Source: Clostridia bacterium
Lineage (GTDB): Bacteria > Bacillota > Clostridia > Oscillospirales > CAG-272
Direction: 5' to 3'
Assembly: GCA_017472285.1 (NCBI GenBank)
Contig: JAFUQQ010000014.1
Location: 34,372-98,371, forward strand
DNA: 64,000 nt
A program made the translations under genes and the position numbers. Numbering within the stretch: position 1 is the first letter of the stretch; each line of letters starts with the position of its first letter. Shown piece after piece: positions 47,426 through 56,550 of the stretch. The notes beneath the pieces were generated by a model. It was not told the origin of the DNA and searched no databases. It worked only from the letters and a program-made list of their open reading frames with translations.

Positions 47426-48703
47426 ATGATAAAAATTTTAAATTCCTCGGCGGTTTCGAGAGATGAAATCTTCTCCCGCGTCGTTCCGAGTGTAAACGTA
47501 GAAGATATTGTTGCGGATATTATTGCCAACGTCAGAAAAAACGGTGACAGCGCACTTTTTGATTATTGCGAAAAATTTGATAAAGTTAAACTTTCCGCGC
47601 TGGAAGTCACGGAAGCGGAGATCGATGAAGCATTTGCTCTCGTTGAACCCGAATTTATCCGTATTCTTCGGGATGCGGCGGAAAATATCCGTGCTTTCCA
47701 TGAAAAACAAGTCAGAAACAGTTTTGTCATCAACGATAAAAAAGGTGTCGTCATGGGACAGAAAGTCATTCCGATCGAAAAAGTCGGTCTGTACGTTCCC
47801 GGCGGCACGGCAGCTTATCCCTCGACCGTCCTGATGGATAGCATTCCCGCAAAAATCGCGGGCTGTAAAGAGATCGTTATGGTCACACCGCCTTCGGGGG
47901 ATGGCAAAGTCAATCCCGCCATTCTTGCCGCGGCAAAAGTCGCAGGTGTAACCAGAATCTTTAAAGTCGGCGGCGCACAGGCTGTTGCGGCACTTGCTTA
48001 CGGCACGGAAAGCGTTCCCGCCGTACATAAGATCGTCGGTCCCGGTAATGCGTTTGTTGCAGAAGCGAAAAAACAAGTTTTCGGTAAGGTTTCCATCGAT
48101 ATGATCGCCGGTCCTTCCGAAATTCTCATCGTTGCGGATGCCACTTGTGATCCCGCAGTCGTTGCGGCAGATATGCTTTCTCAGGCAGAACACGATAAAC
48201 TTGCAAGTGCCGTTCTCGTAACGGACAGCGAACCCCTTGCCAATGCCGTTTCCGAAGAACTTGAAAAACAGATCGCCGTCTTGCCGAGAGCAGAGATCGC
48301 AAGAGAATCCATTGATAAAAACGGTAAGATCATCATTACAAAAGATCTTTCCGAAGCCATTGAGATTTCCAACGAGATCGCCCCCGAACATCTGGAGCTT
48401 TGCGTAGACAATCCTTTTGATTATTTGAACGAAATTCAACACGCAGGTTCGATCTTCATGGGTAAGAATTGTCCCGAAGCACTCGGCGATTACTTTGCCG
48501 GTCCGAACCATACGCTCCCCACAAGCGGTACGGCAAAATTTTCAAGCCCTCTTTCCGTGGATGATTTCGTGAAGAAAACACAGTATACTTATTTCACAAA
48601 AGATGCACTTGCCACCGTTGCGGATGACGTAGCATATTTCGCGGAAAAAGAAGGTCTTTCCGCACACGCAAGAAGCGCGATCTCCAGAAAAAATAAACAA
48701 TAA
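47426..48703 (+). CDS. hisD: histidinol dehydrogenase
   Basis: VGLYVPGGTAAYPSTVLM, IAGPSEILI, SQAEHD and PEHLEL motifs. Confidence 0.95.
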   Translation: MIKILNSSAVSRDEIFSRVVPSVNVEDIVADIIANVRKNGDSALFDYCEKFDKVKLSALEVTEAEIDEAFALVEPEFIRILRDAAENIRAFHEKQVRNSFVINDKKGVVMGQKVIPIEKVGLYVPGGTAAYPSTVLMDSIPAKIAGCKEIVMVTPPSGDGKVNPAILAAAKVAGVTRIFKVGGAQAVAALAYGTESVPAVHKIVGPGNAFVAEAKKQVFGKVSIDMIAGPSEILIVADATCDPAVVAADMLSQAEHDKLASAVLVTDSEPLANAVSEELEKQIAVLPRAEIARESIDKNGKIIITKDLSEAIEISNEIAPEHLELCVDNPFDYLNEIQHAGSIFMGKNCPEALGDYFAGPNHTLPTSGTAKFSSPLSVDDFVKKTQYTYFTKDALATVADDVAYFAEKEGLSAHARSAISRKNKQ

Positions 48704-48733
48704 ACTTTGAAAACAAAGGAACATTTAACAAAA

Positions 48734-49801
48734 ATGAGCCGATTTTTTAGTACGAAATATAAAAATTTAAAGGCATATACCCCCGGTGAACAGCCGAGAG
48801 ATATGCAATACGTCAAGCTGAATACGAATGAATCTCCGTATCCCCCCTCTCCGTCCGTTTCTGCGGCGGTCATGAATGAAGTCGGAAAGCTCGGTCTGTA
48901 TTCCGATCCCGAATGTACGGAGCTTGTTTCGGAGGCGGCAAAGCTTTTTGGAGTGAAACCTACACAAATTCTCATGACGAACGGTTCGGATGAGATTCTG
49001 AACTTTGCGTTCATGGCTTTTTGCGATGAAGCGCACCCCATCGTTTTCCCCGATATCACATACGGTTTCTATCCCGTATTTGCAGAATTGAACGGTATTC
49101 AGTATGAAAAGATCCCCTTGAAAGACGATTTCTCCATCGATATCAATGATTATATCGGCATCGGTAAGAATATCGTTATTGCAAACCCCAACGCGCCTAC
49201 GGGACTTACTCTTTCTTTGAACGATATTCAGAAAATTATTGAAAGCAATCCCAATAACGTCGTCATCATTGACGAAGCATACGTGGATTTCGGTACGGAA
49301 AGCGCGGTTTCTCTGATTGACCGTTATGACAATCTTCTCGTTACACAAACATTTTCCAAATCGAGAAGCATGGCAGGCGCACGTCTTGGTTTCGGTATCG
49401 GTGCAGAATCGCTGATTGCCGACCTTTGCACCATCAAATATTCCACGAATCCTTATAACGTCAACCGCATGACGATGGCGGCAGGCGTAGCGACACTCCG
49501 CGAAAACGATTATTATATGGAAAATTGCAAAAAGATCATCGCAACACGTGAATATACGAAAAACGAACTCGAAAAGCTCGGCTTTTTCGTGACTGATTCC
49601 AAAGCGAACTTCCTTTTTGCCAAGTCCGATGCCATCGACGGCGAAACGCTTTATCTGGAACTCAAAAAACGCGGTGTTCTCGTCCGTCATTTCACGACGG
49701 AAAAAATTAAGGATTATAACCGCATCACCGTCGGTACTCCCGAACAGATGGATATCTTCCTCACCCGCGTCAAAGAAATCCTGAACGATATTCAAAAATA
49801 A
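48734..49801 (+). CDS. hisC: histidinol-phosphate aminotransferase (alternative TTG start 48707)
   Basis: LNTNESPYPPSP, NPNAPTG and the TFSKSRSMAGARLGF (PLP-Lys) blocks. Confidence 0.93.
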   Translation: MSRFFSTKYKNLKAYTPGEQPRDMQYVKLNTNESPYPPSPSVSAAVMNEVGKLGLYSDPECTELVSEAAKLFGVKPTQILMTNGSDEILNFAFMAFCDEAHPIVFPDITYGFYPVFAELNGIQYEKIPLKDDFSIDINDYIGIGKNIVIANPNAPTGLTLSLNDIQKIIESNPNNVVIIDEAYVDFGTESAVSLIDRYDNLLVTQTFSKSRSMAGARLGFGIGAESLIADLCTIKYSTNPYNVNRMTMAAGVATLRENDYYMENCKKIIATREYTKNELEKLGFFVTDSKANFLFAKSDAIDGETLYLELKKRGVLVRHFTTEKIKDYNRITVGTPEQMDIFLTRVKEILNDIQK

Positions 49802-49816
49802 GAAAGGAATGATACG

Positions 49817-50407
49817 ATGTTACGAACCGCTGAAATTATCCGTAAAACTGCAGAAACCGATATCGTTCTTTCCTTGAATTTGGACGGCACGGGCAAGAGC
49901 GCGATCGATACAGGTTGCGGTTTTCTCAATCATATGTTGACGCTTTTTGCCAAACACGGACGTTTGGACCTCGCCGTGAAATGTATCGGGGACATCGACG
50001 TGGATTATCATCATACCGCCGAGGATATCGGTATTTGTCTTGGCGATGCATTCGCGGACGCGCTCGGTGAAATGCGCGGCATCACGCGTTACGGCAATAT
50101 GATTTTGCCGATGGATGAAACCCTCATTCTTTCTGCCGTCGATATTTCGGGCAGAGGAAAATTTGTTTCCGATCTCAAAATTCCGACGGAAAAGGTCGGA
50201 GACTTCGATACCGAACTTGTTTTTGAATTTTTTGAAGCTTTTACACGCCGTGCGAATATCACGCTCCATGTCCGTCAGCTTGCGGGCGAAAATTCGCATC
50301 ATATCATCGAAGGCGCATTCAAAAGCGTGGCTCGTGCTTTGCGTGCGGCGGTGAAGATCGATTCCGACACGATGGGTGAGATTCCGTCCACAAAGGGCAT
50401 CCTTTGA
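49817..50407 (+). CDS. hisB: imidazoleglycerol-phosphate dehydratase
   Basis: RKTAETDI, GFLNHML, DYHHTAEDIGI and NSHHIIEGAFK. Confidence 0.96.
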   Translation: MLRTAEIIRKTAETDIVLSLNLDGTGKSAIDTGCGFLNHMLTLFAKHGRLDLAVKCIGDIDVDYHHTAEDIGICLGDAFADALGEMRGITRYGNMILPMDETLILSAVDISGRGKFVSDLKIPTEKVGDFDTELVFEFFEAFTRRANITLHVRQLAGENSHHIIEGAFKSVARALRAAVKIDSDTMGEIPSTKGIL

Positions 50408-50423
50408 AAGAGAGGTTATAAAA

Positions 50424-51032
50424 ATGATAGCAGTTGTTGATTACGGTGTCGGAAACTTATTCTCGCTTTCTTCCTCACTTGCCACCATTGGTGCGGAAAC
50501 TGTGGTAACAGGCGATGCAGAAGTAATACGCAAAGCAGACAAAATCTTGCTTCCCGGTGTCGGTGCGTTTGAAGATGCCGCAAAAAAACTTCGTGAAAGC
50601 GGTCTTGCCGAGGTTGTTTGCGAAGAAGCAAAAGCAGGCAAACCCTTGCTCGGCATTTGCCTCGGTATGCAGCTTTTGTTTGAAAAAAGCTATGAATTCG
50701 GCGAATTTGACGGCTTGGGGCTGATCAAAGGTGCTGTTCGCCCGATCGTCGATGTGATTCCCGCCGACCTTAAAATTCCTCACATCGGTTGGAATGCGCT
50801 CCATTTTACCAAAGAAAACGAGCTTTTCCGCTATATTAAAAACGGCGATCACGTTTATTTCGTTCATTCGTTCTATGCCGCGGATTGCGAGGAGAGTGTC
50901 ATTGCAACCTCGGAATACGGTGTGGAATTGACGGCAGCGGTGGCAAGCGGCAATATTTACGGTTGTCAATTCCATCCCGAAAAGAGCGGCACTGTCGGAC
51001 TTTCCATCCTAAAAGCGTTCGCCCAAATGTAA
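50424..51032 (+). CDS. hisH: imidazole glycerol phosphate synthase, glutaminase subunit
   Basis: MIAVVDYGVGNL, LPGVGAF, GICLGMQ (catalytic Cys) and QFHPEKS. Confidence 0.95.
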   Translation: MIAVVDYGVGNLFSLSSSLATIGAETVVTGDAEVIRKADKILLPGVGAFEDAAKKLRESGLAEVVCEEAKAGKPLLGICLGMQLLFEKSYEFGEFDGLGLIKGAVRPIVDVIPADLKIPHIGWNALHFTKENELFRYIKNGDHVYFVHSFYAADCEESVIATSEYGVELTAAVASGNIYGCQFHPEKSGTVGLSILKAFAQM

Positions 51033-51050
51033 TTTGAACGATATTCAATT

Positions 51051-51512
51051 ATGGCAAAAATAGAAAAAGCAATCTTTACAAATCTTTGTATGGTCTATGA
51101 TGGTAAAGGAAATATTCTCGTACAAGACCGAAAAAATCCGAATTGGAAGGGTGTGACTTTCCCCGGCGGACACGTGGAGGAGGGAGAATCCTTTACGGAA
51201 TCCGTCATCCGCGAGGTCAGGGAAGAAACCGGTCTTACCATTGAAAATCCCATCCTTTGCGGTGTCAAACAATTTCCAACCTTAGAAGGAGAACGATATG
51301 TGGTTTTTTGTTATAAAACCGGGACATTTTCGGGCGAAATTGTATCTTCATCCGAAGGAGAAGTATTTTGGATTTCACGCCGAGAGCTTGAAAACTACAA
51401 AGTTGCCCCCGATTTCCTGGAACTTATCCGCATTTTTGAATCCGATTGCTTGTCAGAATTTTATCTGTGGCGCGATCAGAATGCTCAGGAATATCAAAAG
51501 AAAATATATTAA
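51051..51512 (+). CDS. NUDIX hydrolase embedded in the his operon
   Basis: The Nudix box GGHVEEGESFTESVIREVREETGL matches G-x5-E-x7-REUxEExGU. Confidence 0.85.
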   Translation: MAKIEKAIFTNLCMVYDGKGNILVQDRKNPNWKGVTFPGGHVEEGESFTESVIREVREETGLTIENPILCGVKQFPTLEGERYVVFCYKTGTFSGEIVSSSEGEVFWISRRELENYKVAPDFLELIRIFESDCLSEFYLWRDQNAQEYQKKIY

Positions 51513-51656
51513 AAAAACATATAAGATTAAAAAGCAGCAGAGTCTGGGGCAGATCATTGCGCCCACCGTCGTCCATTCGGTCATAAAATACAGCCGAGCG
51601 GCGAAGGAAAAACAACTCTGCGCACAAGAAAAACAATAGAAAAGAGAAAAACGATC

Positions 51657-52373
51657 ATGAATCTTTTTCCTGCAATCGATCTTTACGGCGGTAAAGCCGT
51701 CCGTTTATATAAAGGCAACTACGATGAAATGACGGTTTATAGCGATGATCCCGTTTCTGTTGCCAAAGATTTTGAAGCCAAAGGCGCAAAATTTATCCAT
51801 CTCGTTGACCTTGAGGGTGCGAAAACAGGTGAAACACCGAATTTGAATACCGTTCAAAAAATCGTTTCTGGGACCAATCTTTTTGCGGAAATCGGCGGCG
51901 GCATCCGCTCGATGGAGGTCATCGAAAAATATCTTTGTGCCGGTGTTTCCCGCGTGATTCTCGGTACGGCTGCCGTTAAAAACGAAACTTTTCTCCGTGA
52001 AGCCGTAGCGAAATACGGAAGAGCAGTTGCCGTCGGCGTGGATATCCGTGACGGTTACGTTGCCATCCACGGCTGGACGGAAAATTCCGCTTTGCTTTAT
52101 ACCGATTTCATGCAAAAATTGACCGAAATTGGTGTGGAAACCGTCATCGTGACTGATATTTCCCGTGATGGTGCAATGAAAGGTACAAATCGCTCCCTTT
52201 ATGCCGAACTTTCCGAAAAATTTCCGAATATGAATGTCATTGCCTCGGGTGGTGTTTCTTCATTGAACGATGTTCAGGCACTTGCCGAAATGAATATTTA
52301 CGGCGCAATTATCGGCAAAGCGTATTATACGGGCGCAATCGACCTCGAAGAAGCTATCCAATTGACAAATTAA
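51657..52373 (+). CDS. hisA: 1-(5-phosphoribosyl)-5-[(5-phosphoribosylamino)methylideneamino]imidazole-4-carboxamide isomerase
   Basis: FPAIDLYGGKAVRL.KG, HLVDLEGA, GGGIRS and ASGGVSS. Confidence 0.95.
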   Translation: MNLFPAIDLYGGKAVRLYKGNYDEMTVYSDDPVSVAKDFEAKGAKFIHLVDLEGAKTGETPNLNTVQKIVSGTNLFAEIGGGIRSMEVIEKYLCAGVSRVILGTAAVKNETFLREAVAKYGRAVAVGVDIRDGYVAIHGWTENSALLYTDFMQKLTEIGVETVIVTDISRDGAMKGTNRSLYAELSEKFPNMNVIASGGVSSLNDVQALAEMNIYGAIIGKAYYTGAIDLEEAIQLTN

Positions 52374-52405
52374 ACCCCACATAAAAAATTTTTGCGGTGG
52401 GGTGT

Positions 52406-52437
52406 GGGGAGGAGCTTTTTATAAAAAGCTCCTCCCC
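52406..52437. repeat. perfect 32-bp palindrome, copy C of the dispersed family, inside the his operon (hisA-hisF spacer)
   Basis: GGGGAGGAGCTTTTTA/TAAAAAGCTCCTCCCC is fully self-complementary. It is preceded by AAACCCCACATAAAAAATTTTTGCGGTGGGG (52372-52402). Confidence 0.8.
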
Positions 52438-52462
52438 ACAGAATCCCCCAAGGAGTATATTT

Positions 52463-53221
52463 ATGATAACCAAAAGAATTATCCCGTGCCTCGACGTGAA
52501 GGACGGACGTGTGGTCAAGGGCGTGAATTTTCTCGGTCTTGCCGACGTTTCCTCCCCTGTAAAGCTGGCAAAATTTTATAGCGACGGCGGTGCGGACGAG
52601 CTTGTTTTTTATGATATTACGGCTTCCGCAGAGGGACGCGCGATCTTTACAGATATCCTTACAGAAGTTGCACGCACGATCTTTATTCCGCTTACCGTTG
52701 GTGGCGGTATCAATACCGTGGACGATTTTGACCGCGTGCTGAAATGCGGTGCGGATAAGGTCAGCGTCAATTCGGGTGCGATCCGCAATCCCGCGCTCAT
52801 CACCGAAGCCGCGAAAAAATACGGAAGCCAATGCGTCGTCATTTCTGCCGATGTGAAGCGTGTGGACGGCGTATTCCGCGTATTCGCCAAAGGTGGCAGA
52901 GAAAATACGGGTATGGAAGCGATCTCATGGATCAAAAGCTGTGTGGAACGCGGTGCAGGTGAGGTCGTACTCAATTCCATCGATACGGACGGCGTGAAAA
53001 AAGGCTTTGACCTTGAAATGCTCGATGCTGTTTGTAACGTCGTGAACGTCCCCGTGATCGCATCGGGCGGTGCGGGCTGTAAAGAAGACTTCATTACGCT
53101 TTTCAAAACACTTCCGCGTGTCGATGCGGGTCTTGCCGCTTCGATCTTCCACTTCGGAGAATTGCAGATCAGCGATCTCAAGACAGATCTCGCGGGTGCG
53201 GGCATTACGGTGCGCCGTTAA
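52463..53221 (+). CDS. hisF: imidazole glycerol phosphate synthase, cyclase subunit
   Basis: The canonical start MITKRIIPCLDVKDGRVVKG is at ATG 52463. The ORF-track start at 52397 reads through the palindrome and is rejected. Confidence 0.96.
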   Translation: MITKRIIPCLDVKDGRVVKGVNFLGLADVSSPVKLAKFYSDGGADELVFYDITASAEGRAIFTDILTEVARTIFIPLTVGGGINTVDDFDRVLKCGADKVSVNSGAIRNPALITEAAKKYGSQCVVISADVKRVDGVFRVFAKGGRENTGMEAISWIKSCVERGAGEVVLNSIDTDGVKKGFDLEMLDAVCNVVNVPVIASGGAGCKEDFITLFKTLPRVDAGLAASIFHFGELQISDLKTDLAGAGITVRR

Positions 53222-53245
53222 CATTCAGAAAGGATTTTTATATTT

Positions 53246-53905
53246 ATGTTTGATATCAATGAATTGAAATTTGATGAAAAAGGACTGATTCCCGCTGTTG
53301 TTGTCGATGCCGTGAGCAAAAAGGTATTGACCGTAGCGTATATGAACAAGGAAAGTCTTGCGCTTTCGATGGAAAAAGGTCTGACTTGTTTTTGGAGCCG
53401 TTCCCGTAACGAGCTTTGGACAAAGGGCGAAACCAGCGGAAATTATCAGCATATCGTCAGCATTACTGCTGATTGCGACCGCGACGCGCTTACCATTGTC
53501 GTCGAAAAAGATGGTCCCGCTTGCCATAAAGGTACGGATTCCTGCTTCAATGAAGTGATCTATCAGAGCGAAGACCGCCACGAATTTTCTCTCGAAGGCT
53601 TGATGTCCATGTTGGAAGGCAGAAAAAATAACCCCAAAGAAGGCTCTTATACCTCATATCTCTTCCAAAAGGGGATTGACAAAATTCTCAAAAAAGTCGG
53701 TGAAGAATCTACGGAAGTTATCATTGCGGGCAAGGCAAACGACAAAGCCGAAACCGTCTATGAGATAGCCGATCTGACCTATCATGTTATGGTCCTCATG
53801 CTCGAAATGGGCATCTCTCTTGAGGATATCCACCGCGAACTTGCATCCCGTCATGTCATCGACCACAAAGTAAAACAGGAAAAAATGGCGGGGGATAACC
53901 AATGA
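53246..53905 (+). CDS. hisIE: bifunctional phosphoribosyl-AMP cyclohydrolase / phosphoribosyl-ATP diphosphatase
   Basis: The HisI part is LIPAVV.D......L..AYMN.E.L......G....WSRSR..LW.KGETSG. The HisE part is SYT..L...[14 protein letters not shown]. Confidence 0.93.
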   Translation: MFDINELKFDEKGLIPAVVVDAVSKKVLTVAYMNKESLALSMEKGLTCFWSRSRNELWTKGETSGNYQHIVSITADCDRDALTIVVEKDGPACHKGTDSCFNEVIYQSEDRHEFSLEGLMSMLEGRKNNPKEGSYTSYLFQKGIDKILKKVGEESTEVIIAGKANDKAETVYEIADLTYHVMVLMLEMGISLEDIHRELASRHVIDHKVKQEKMAGDNQ

Positions 53906-54726
53906 GTCCTTCCGAAACGATTCTGACACCCAAAGCGGATTTTCATATGCATACCGTTTTCTGCGACGGTAAAAACACCGCGGAAGAAATGGTTCTGAAA
54001 GGCATTGAAATCGGACTTTCCGTGATCGGTTTTTCCGTGCATTCTCCGCTTGCACACGATAAAAGCGGTTGGTGTATCCGTCCCGACAGAACAGAAGAAT
54101 ACCGTGCGGAAATCCATCGTTTGCGCGATCGATATGCCGACAAAATCCGTGTTTATTGCGGTATTGAACAAGATTATTTTTCTAAAACCGCAACCGATGC
54201 TTATGATTATGTGATTGGTTCGGTACATGCCATTTTCAAACACGGTCAATATGTCGATGTTGACCATAGCACAGAAACCTCACAACGTGCCATCAGTGAA
54301 CTCTATGGCGGCGATATTTATGCTTACGCTGAAGCCTATTATGACCTCGTCGGCAACGTTGTTACCAAAACCAATGCCGATCTGATCGGTCATTTCGACC
54401 TCATTACAAAATTTAAAGATTGCGGTCTTGCTTTCGATCCCGAAAATCCCCGTTATATCAAGGCATGGCAAACTGCAGCCGATAAACTACTTCAAACAGG
54501 AAAACCATTTGAGATCAATACGGGCGCAATCTCACGCGGATACAGAAAAACACCGTATCCCGCGGTGGATATCATGCGATATCTTGCGGAGCACGGCGGA
54601 AAAGCTGTCATTACGAGCGACAGCCACAGCACGGATGCGCTCGGTACGGCATATGCTCTCGCTTATCATCTCGCAAAAGAAGCAGGACTTCCTTTGGTGC
54701 ATAAGATAGGCAATATCGAATTTTAA
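53902..54726 (+). CDS. hisK: histidinol-phosphatase, PHP family
   Basis: The [11 protein letters not shown] motif, further His/Asp metal-ligand blocks (GFSVHSP, GSVH, IGHFD, SDSH) and its position as the last gene of the his operon. Confidence 0.85.
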   Translation: MSPSETILTPKADFHMHTVFCDGKNTAEEMVLKGIEIGLSVIGFSVHSPLAHDKSGWCIRPDRTEEYRAEIHRLRDRYADKIRVYCGIEQDYFSKTATDAYDYVIGSVHAIFKHGQYVDVDHSTETSQRAISELYGGDIYAYAEAYYDLVGNVVTKTNADLIGHFDLITKFKDCGLAFDPENPRYIKAWQTAADKLLQTGKPFEINTGAISRGYRKTPYPAVDIMRYLAEHGGKAVITSDSHSTDALGTAYALAYHLAKEAGLPLVHKIGNIEF

Positions 54727-54735
54727 GGATACGAA

Positions 54736-54767
54736 GGGGAGGTACCTTTTAAAAAAGGTACCTCCCC
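54736..54767. repeat. 32-bp palindrome, copy D of the dispersed family
   Basis: GGGGAGGTACCTTTTA/AAAAAGGTACCTCCCC, followed by TTAAACCCCACCGCCAAAATTTTTCTC (54768-54794). Confidence 0.75.
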
Positions 54768-54868
54768 TTAAACCCCACCGCCAAAATTTTTCTCTGTGGC
54801 GAATCGTGATTCATGACGATGTGAACCGTAATCAAAACAGTGAATATGCTAAAAGTTTTTGGTGATTC

Positions 54869-54904
54869 AAAAGCCCCTTTTTTCAAAAAGGGGCTTTGTT
54901 TTTA
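54869..54904 (+). terminator. intrinsic terminator after the his operon
   Basis: AAAAGCCCCTTTT / AAAAGGGGCTTT hairpin followed by GTTTTT. Confidence 0.75.
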
Positions 54905-55025
54905 TAAGATTTTATTTGTATTTCGACCTCGCCGTTTTGCCGTGTTTGGATTCCGGAAAACTACAAAAAGGCGAGAATTTGCCGGCGGGTGCTACCCGCG
55001 GGGATTGGGGTAACACCCCAATTAT

Positions 55026-56531
55026 TTAGTTATTTACATAATCAACAAAGCGAACAAAAGCGGCTCTGCCGTCGTCGGTGCATTTGTAAACACCTGCGTC
55101 CTCAAGGACGAGAACGAAGGTCTTACCAATCTCTGCGCGGAGAATTTCTGCGGTATTTTCGGCTGTGAAGGTGTAGTTTGCACGGAATTTTTCGACCCAA
55201 TCTGCGTGCTTTGCGATGGATTCATCAGCGGAGATATCTTTGCCATTTATGAGCGCATCTTCAAGTGTTGCCATTTCCGCTTTCAGACGGGCGGGAAGTA
55301 CCGCAAGACCCATAACTTCGATCAGACCGATATTTTCTTTCTTGATGTTGTGAAGCTCTGCATGAGGATGATATACGCCGAGAGGATGTTCTTCGGTGGT
55401 AATGTTATTGCGGAGAACGAGATCAAGCTCAAAATCGCCGTTTCTGCGACGCGCGATAGGCGTGATGGTGTTATGGGGTTCGCCGTTCGTTTCTGCGAAT
55501 ACAAAGGCATTTTCATCGGTATAACCGCGCCATGCGAGAAGGATCTTATCGGCAAGTTCGACGAGTTCGTTTTTGTCTTTACTGGAAATACGGATGACGG
55601 AAAGCGGCCATTTGACGATACCTGCCTTGACGTTTTCAAAGCCTTTGAACGTAATTTCTTTTTCGATGGGAGCGGTTTCCATAGCGAAGGTATAATGACC
55701 GCCTTGGAAATGGTTATGAGAAAGGATGGAGCCGCCGACGATGGGAAGGTCAGCGTTGGAACCGATGAAATAATGGGGGAAGAGTTCTTCAAAGTCGAGA
55801 AGTCTGCGGAAGGTATCTTTTTCGATCTTCATCGGGCAGTGGTCCGCGGAAAGTGCGATGCAATGTTCATTGTAATAAACGTAAGGAGAATATTGCAAGA
55901 ACCAATCTTCGCCTGCCATAGTCATGGGAATGATTCTGTGATTCTGTCTTGCGGCGGCGCGGAGATTGCCTGCATAGCCTTCGTTTTCGGCGCAAAGCGC
56001 ACATTTCGGATAACCGCTCTGGGGAAGTGCTTTTGCGGCGGCAATGGCTTTGGGATCTTTTTCGGGTTTGGAAAGGTTAACTGTGATATCGATCTCACCG
56101 TAAACAGAGGGAACGCTCCATTTCAGGTCTTTTTTGATGCGATACGTACGGATATAATCCGTTGCTTTGGAGAAAGCATAATACCAATCGGTCGCTTTTT
56201 CGGGGCTTTCTGCATAAAGCGTTTTGAAAATTTCAATGACCATAGAGGGACGGGGGGTGAGAAGTCCCATGATTTTCGCATCGAAAAGGTCGCGCTGCGT
56301 TACGCCGTTATCGGGAATCAGACCTGTTTCAAAGGCGAAATCGTCGATATCCGCGAGAATTTCTTCGATGGTTGCCTCTTCGGCATCGGTGACTTCTTCA
56401 TAAGCATCAAGACCGAGCGCGCCGATCAGGGCATTATGCGTATAGGTCACGTCTTCTTTCAGAATCAGACCGTTTGCGAGCGCATATTCCGTGAGCTGAT
56501 GGATTCTTTTAAAAATCTGCTGGGTTGTCAT
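55026..56531 (-). CDS. galT: UDP-glucose--hexose-1-phosphate uridylyltransferase (long, Gram-positive type 2 GalT)
   Basis: About 500 aa. Blocks GYPKCALCAENEGY, QYSPYVYYNEHCI and GGSILSHNHFQGG (HxHxQ-like) are typical of family 2 GalT. Confidence 0.88.
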   Translation of the reverse strand: MTTQQIFKRIHQLTEYALANGLILKEDVTYTHNALIGALGLDAYEEVTDAEEATIEEILADIDDFAFETGLIPDNGVTQRDLFDAKIMGLLTPRPSMVIEIFKTLYAESPEKATDWYYAFSKATDYIRTYRIKKDLKWSVPSVYGEIDITVNLSKPEKDPKAIAAAKALPQSGYPKCALCAENEGYAGNLRAAARQNHRIIPMTMAGEDWFLQYSPYVYYNEHCIALSADHCPMKIEKDTFRRLLDFEELFPHYFIGSNADLPIVGGSILSHNHFQGGHYTFAMETAPIEKEITFKGFENVKAGIVKWPLSVIRISSKDKNELVELADKILLAWRGYTDENAFVFAETNGEPHNTITPIARRRNGDFELDLVLRNNITTEEHPLGVYHPHAELHNIKKENIGLIEVMGLAVLPARLKAEMATLEDALINGKDISADESIAKHADWVEKFRANYTFTAENTAEILRAEIGKTFVLVLEDAGVYKCTDDGRAAFVRFVDYVNN

Positions 56532-56550
56532 AGAGAGTTCCTTTCTTTTT

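Noticed and set aside
52397-52462. An N-terminal extension of hisF through the 32-bp palindrome. Similar upstream extensions in the ORF track affect glgA (449), glgP (2031), rplP (19946), rplE (21678), hisH (50376), the VTC gene (35432), the DUF2089 gene (59822) and the response regulator (45355).
   Set aside because: In each case the conserved protein N-terminus begins at an internal ATG or GTG preceded by a good Shine-Dalgarno sequence. The extensions are simply the longest-ORF convention.
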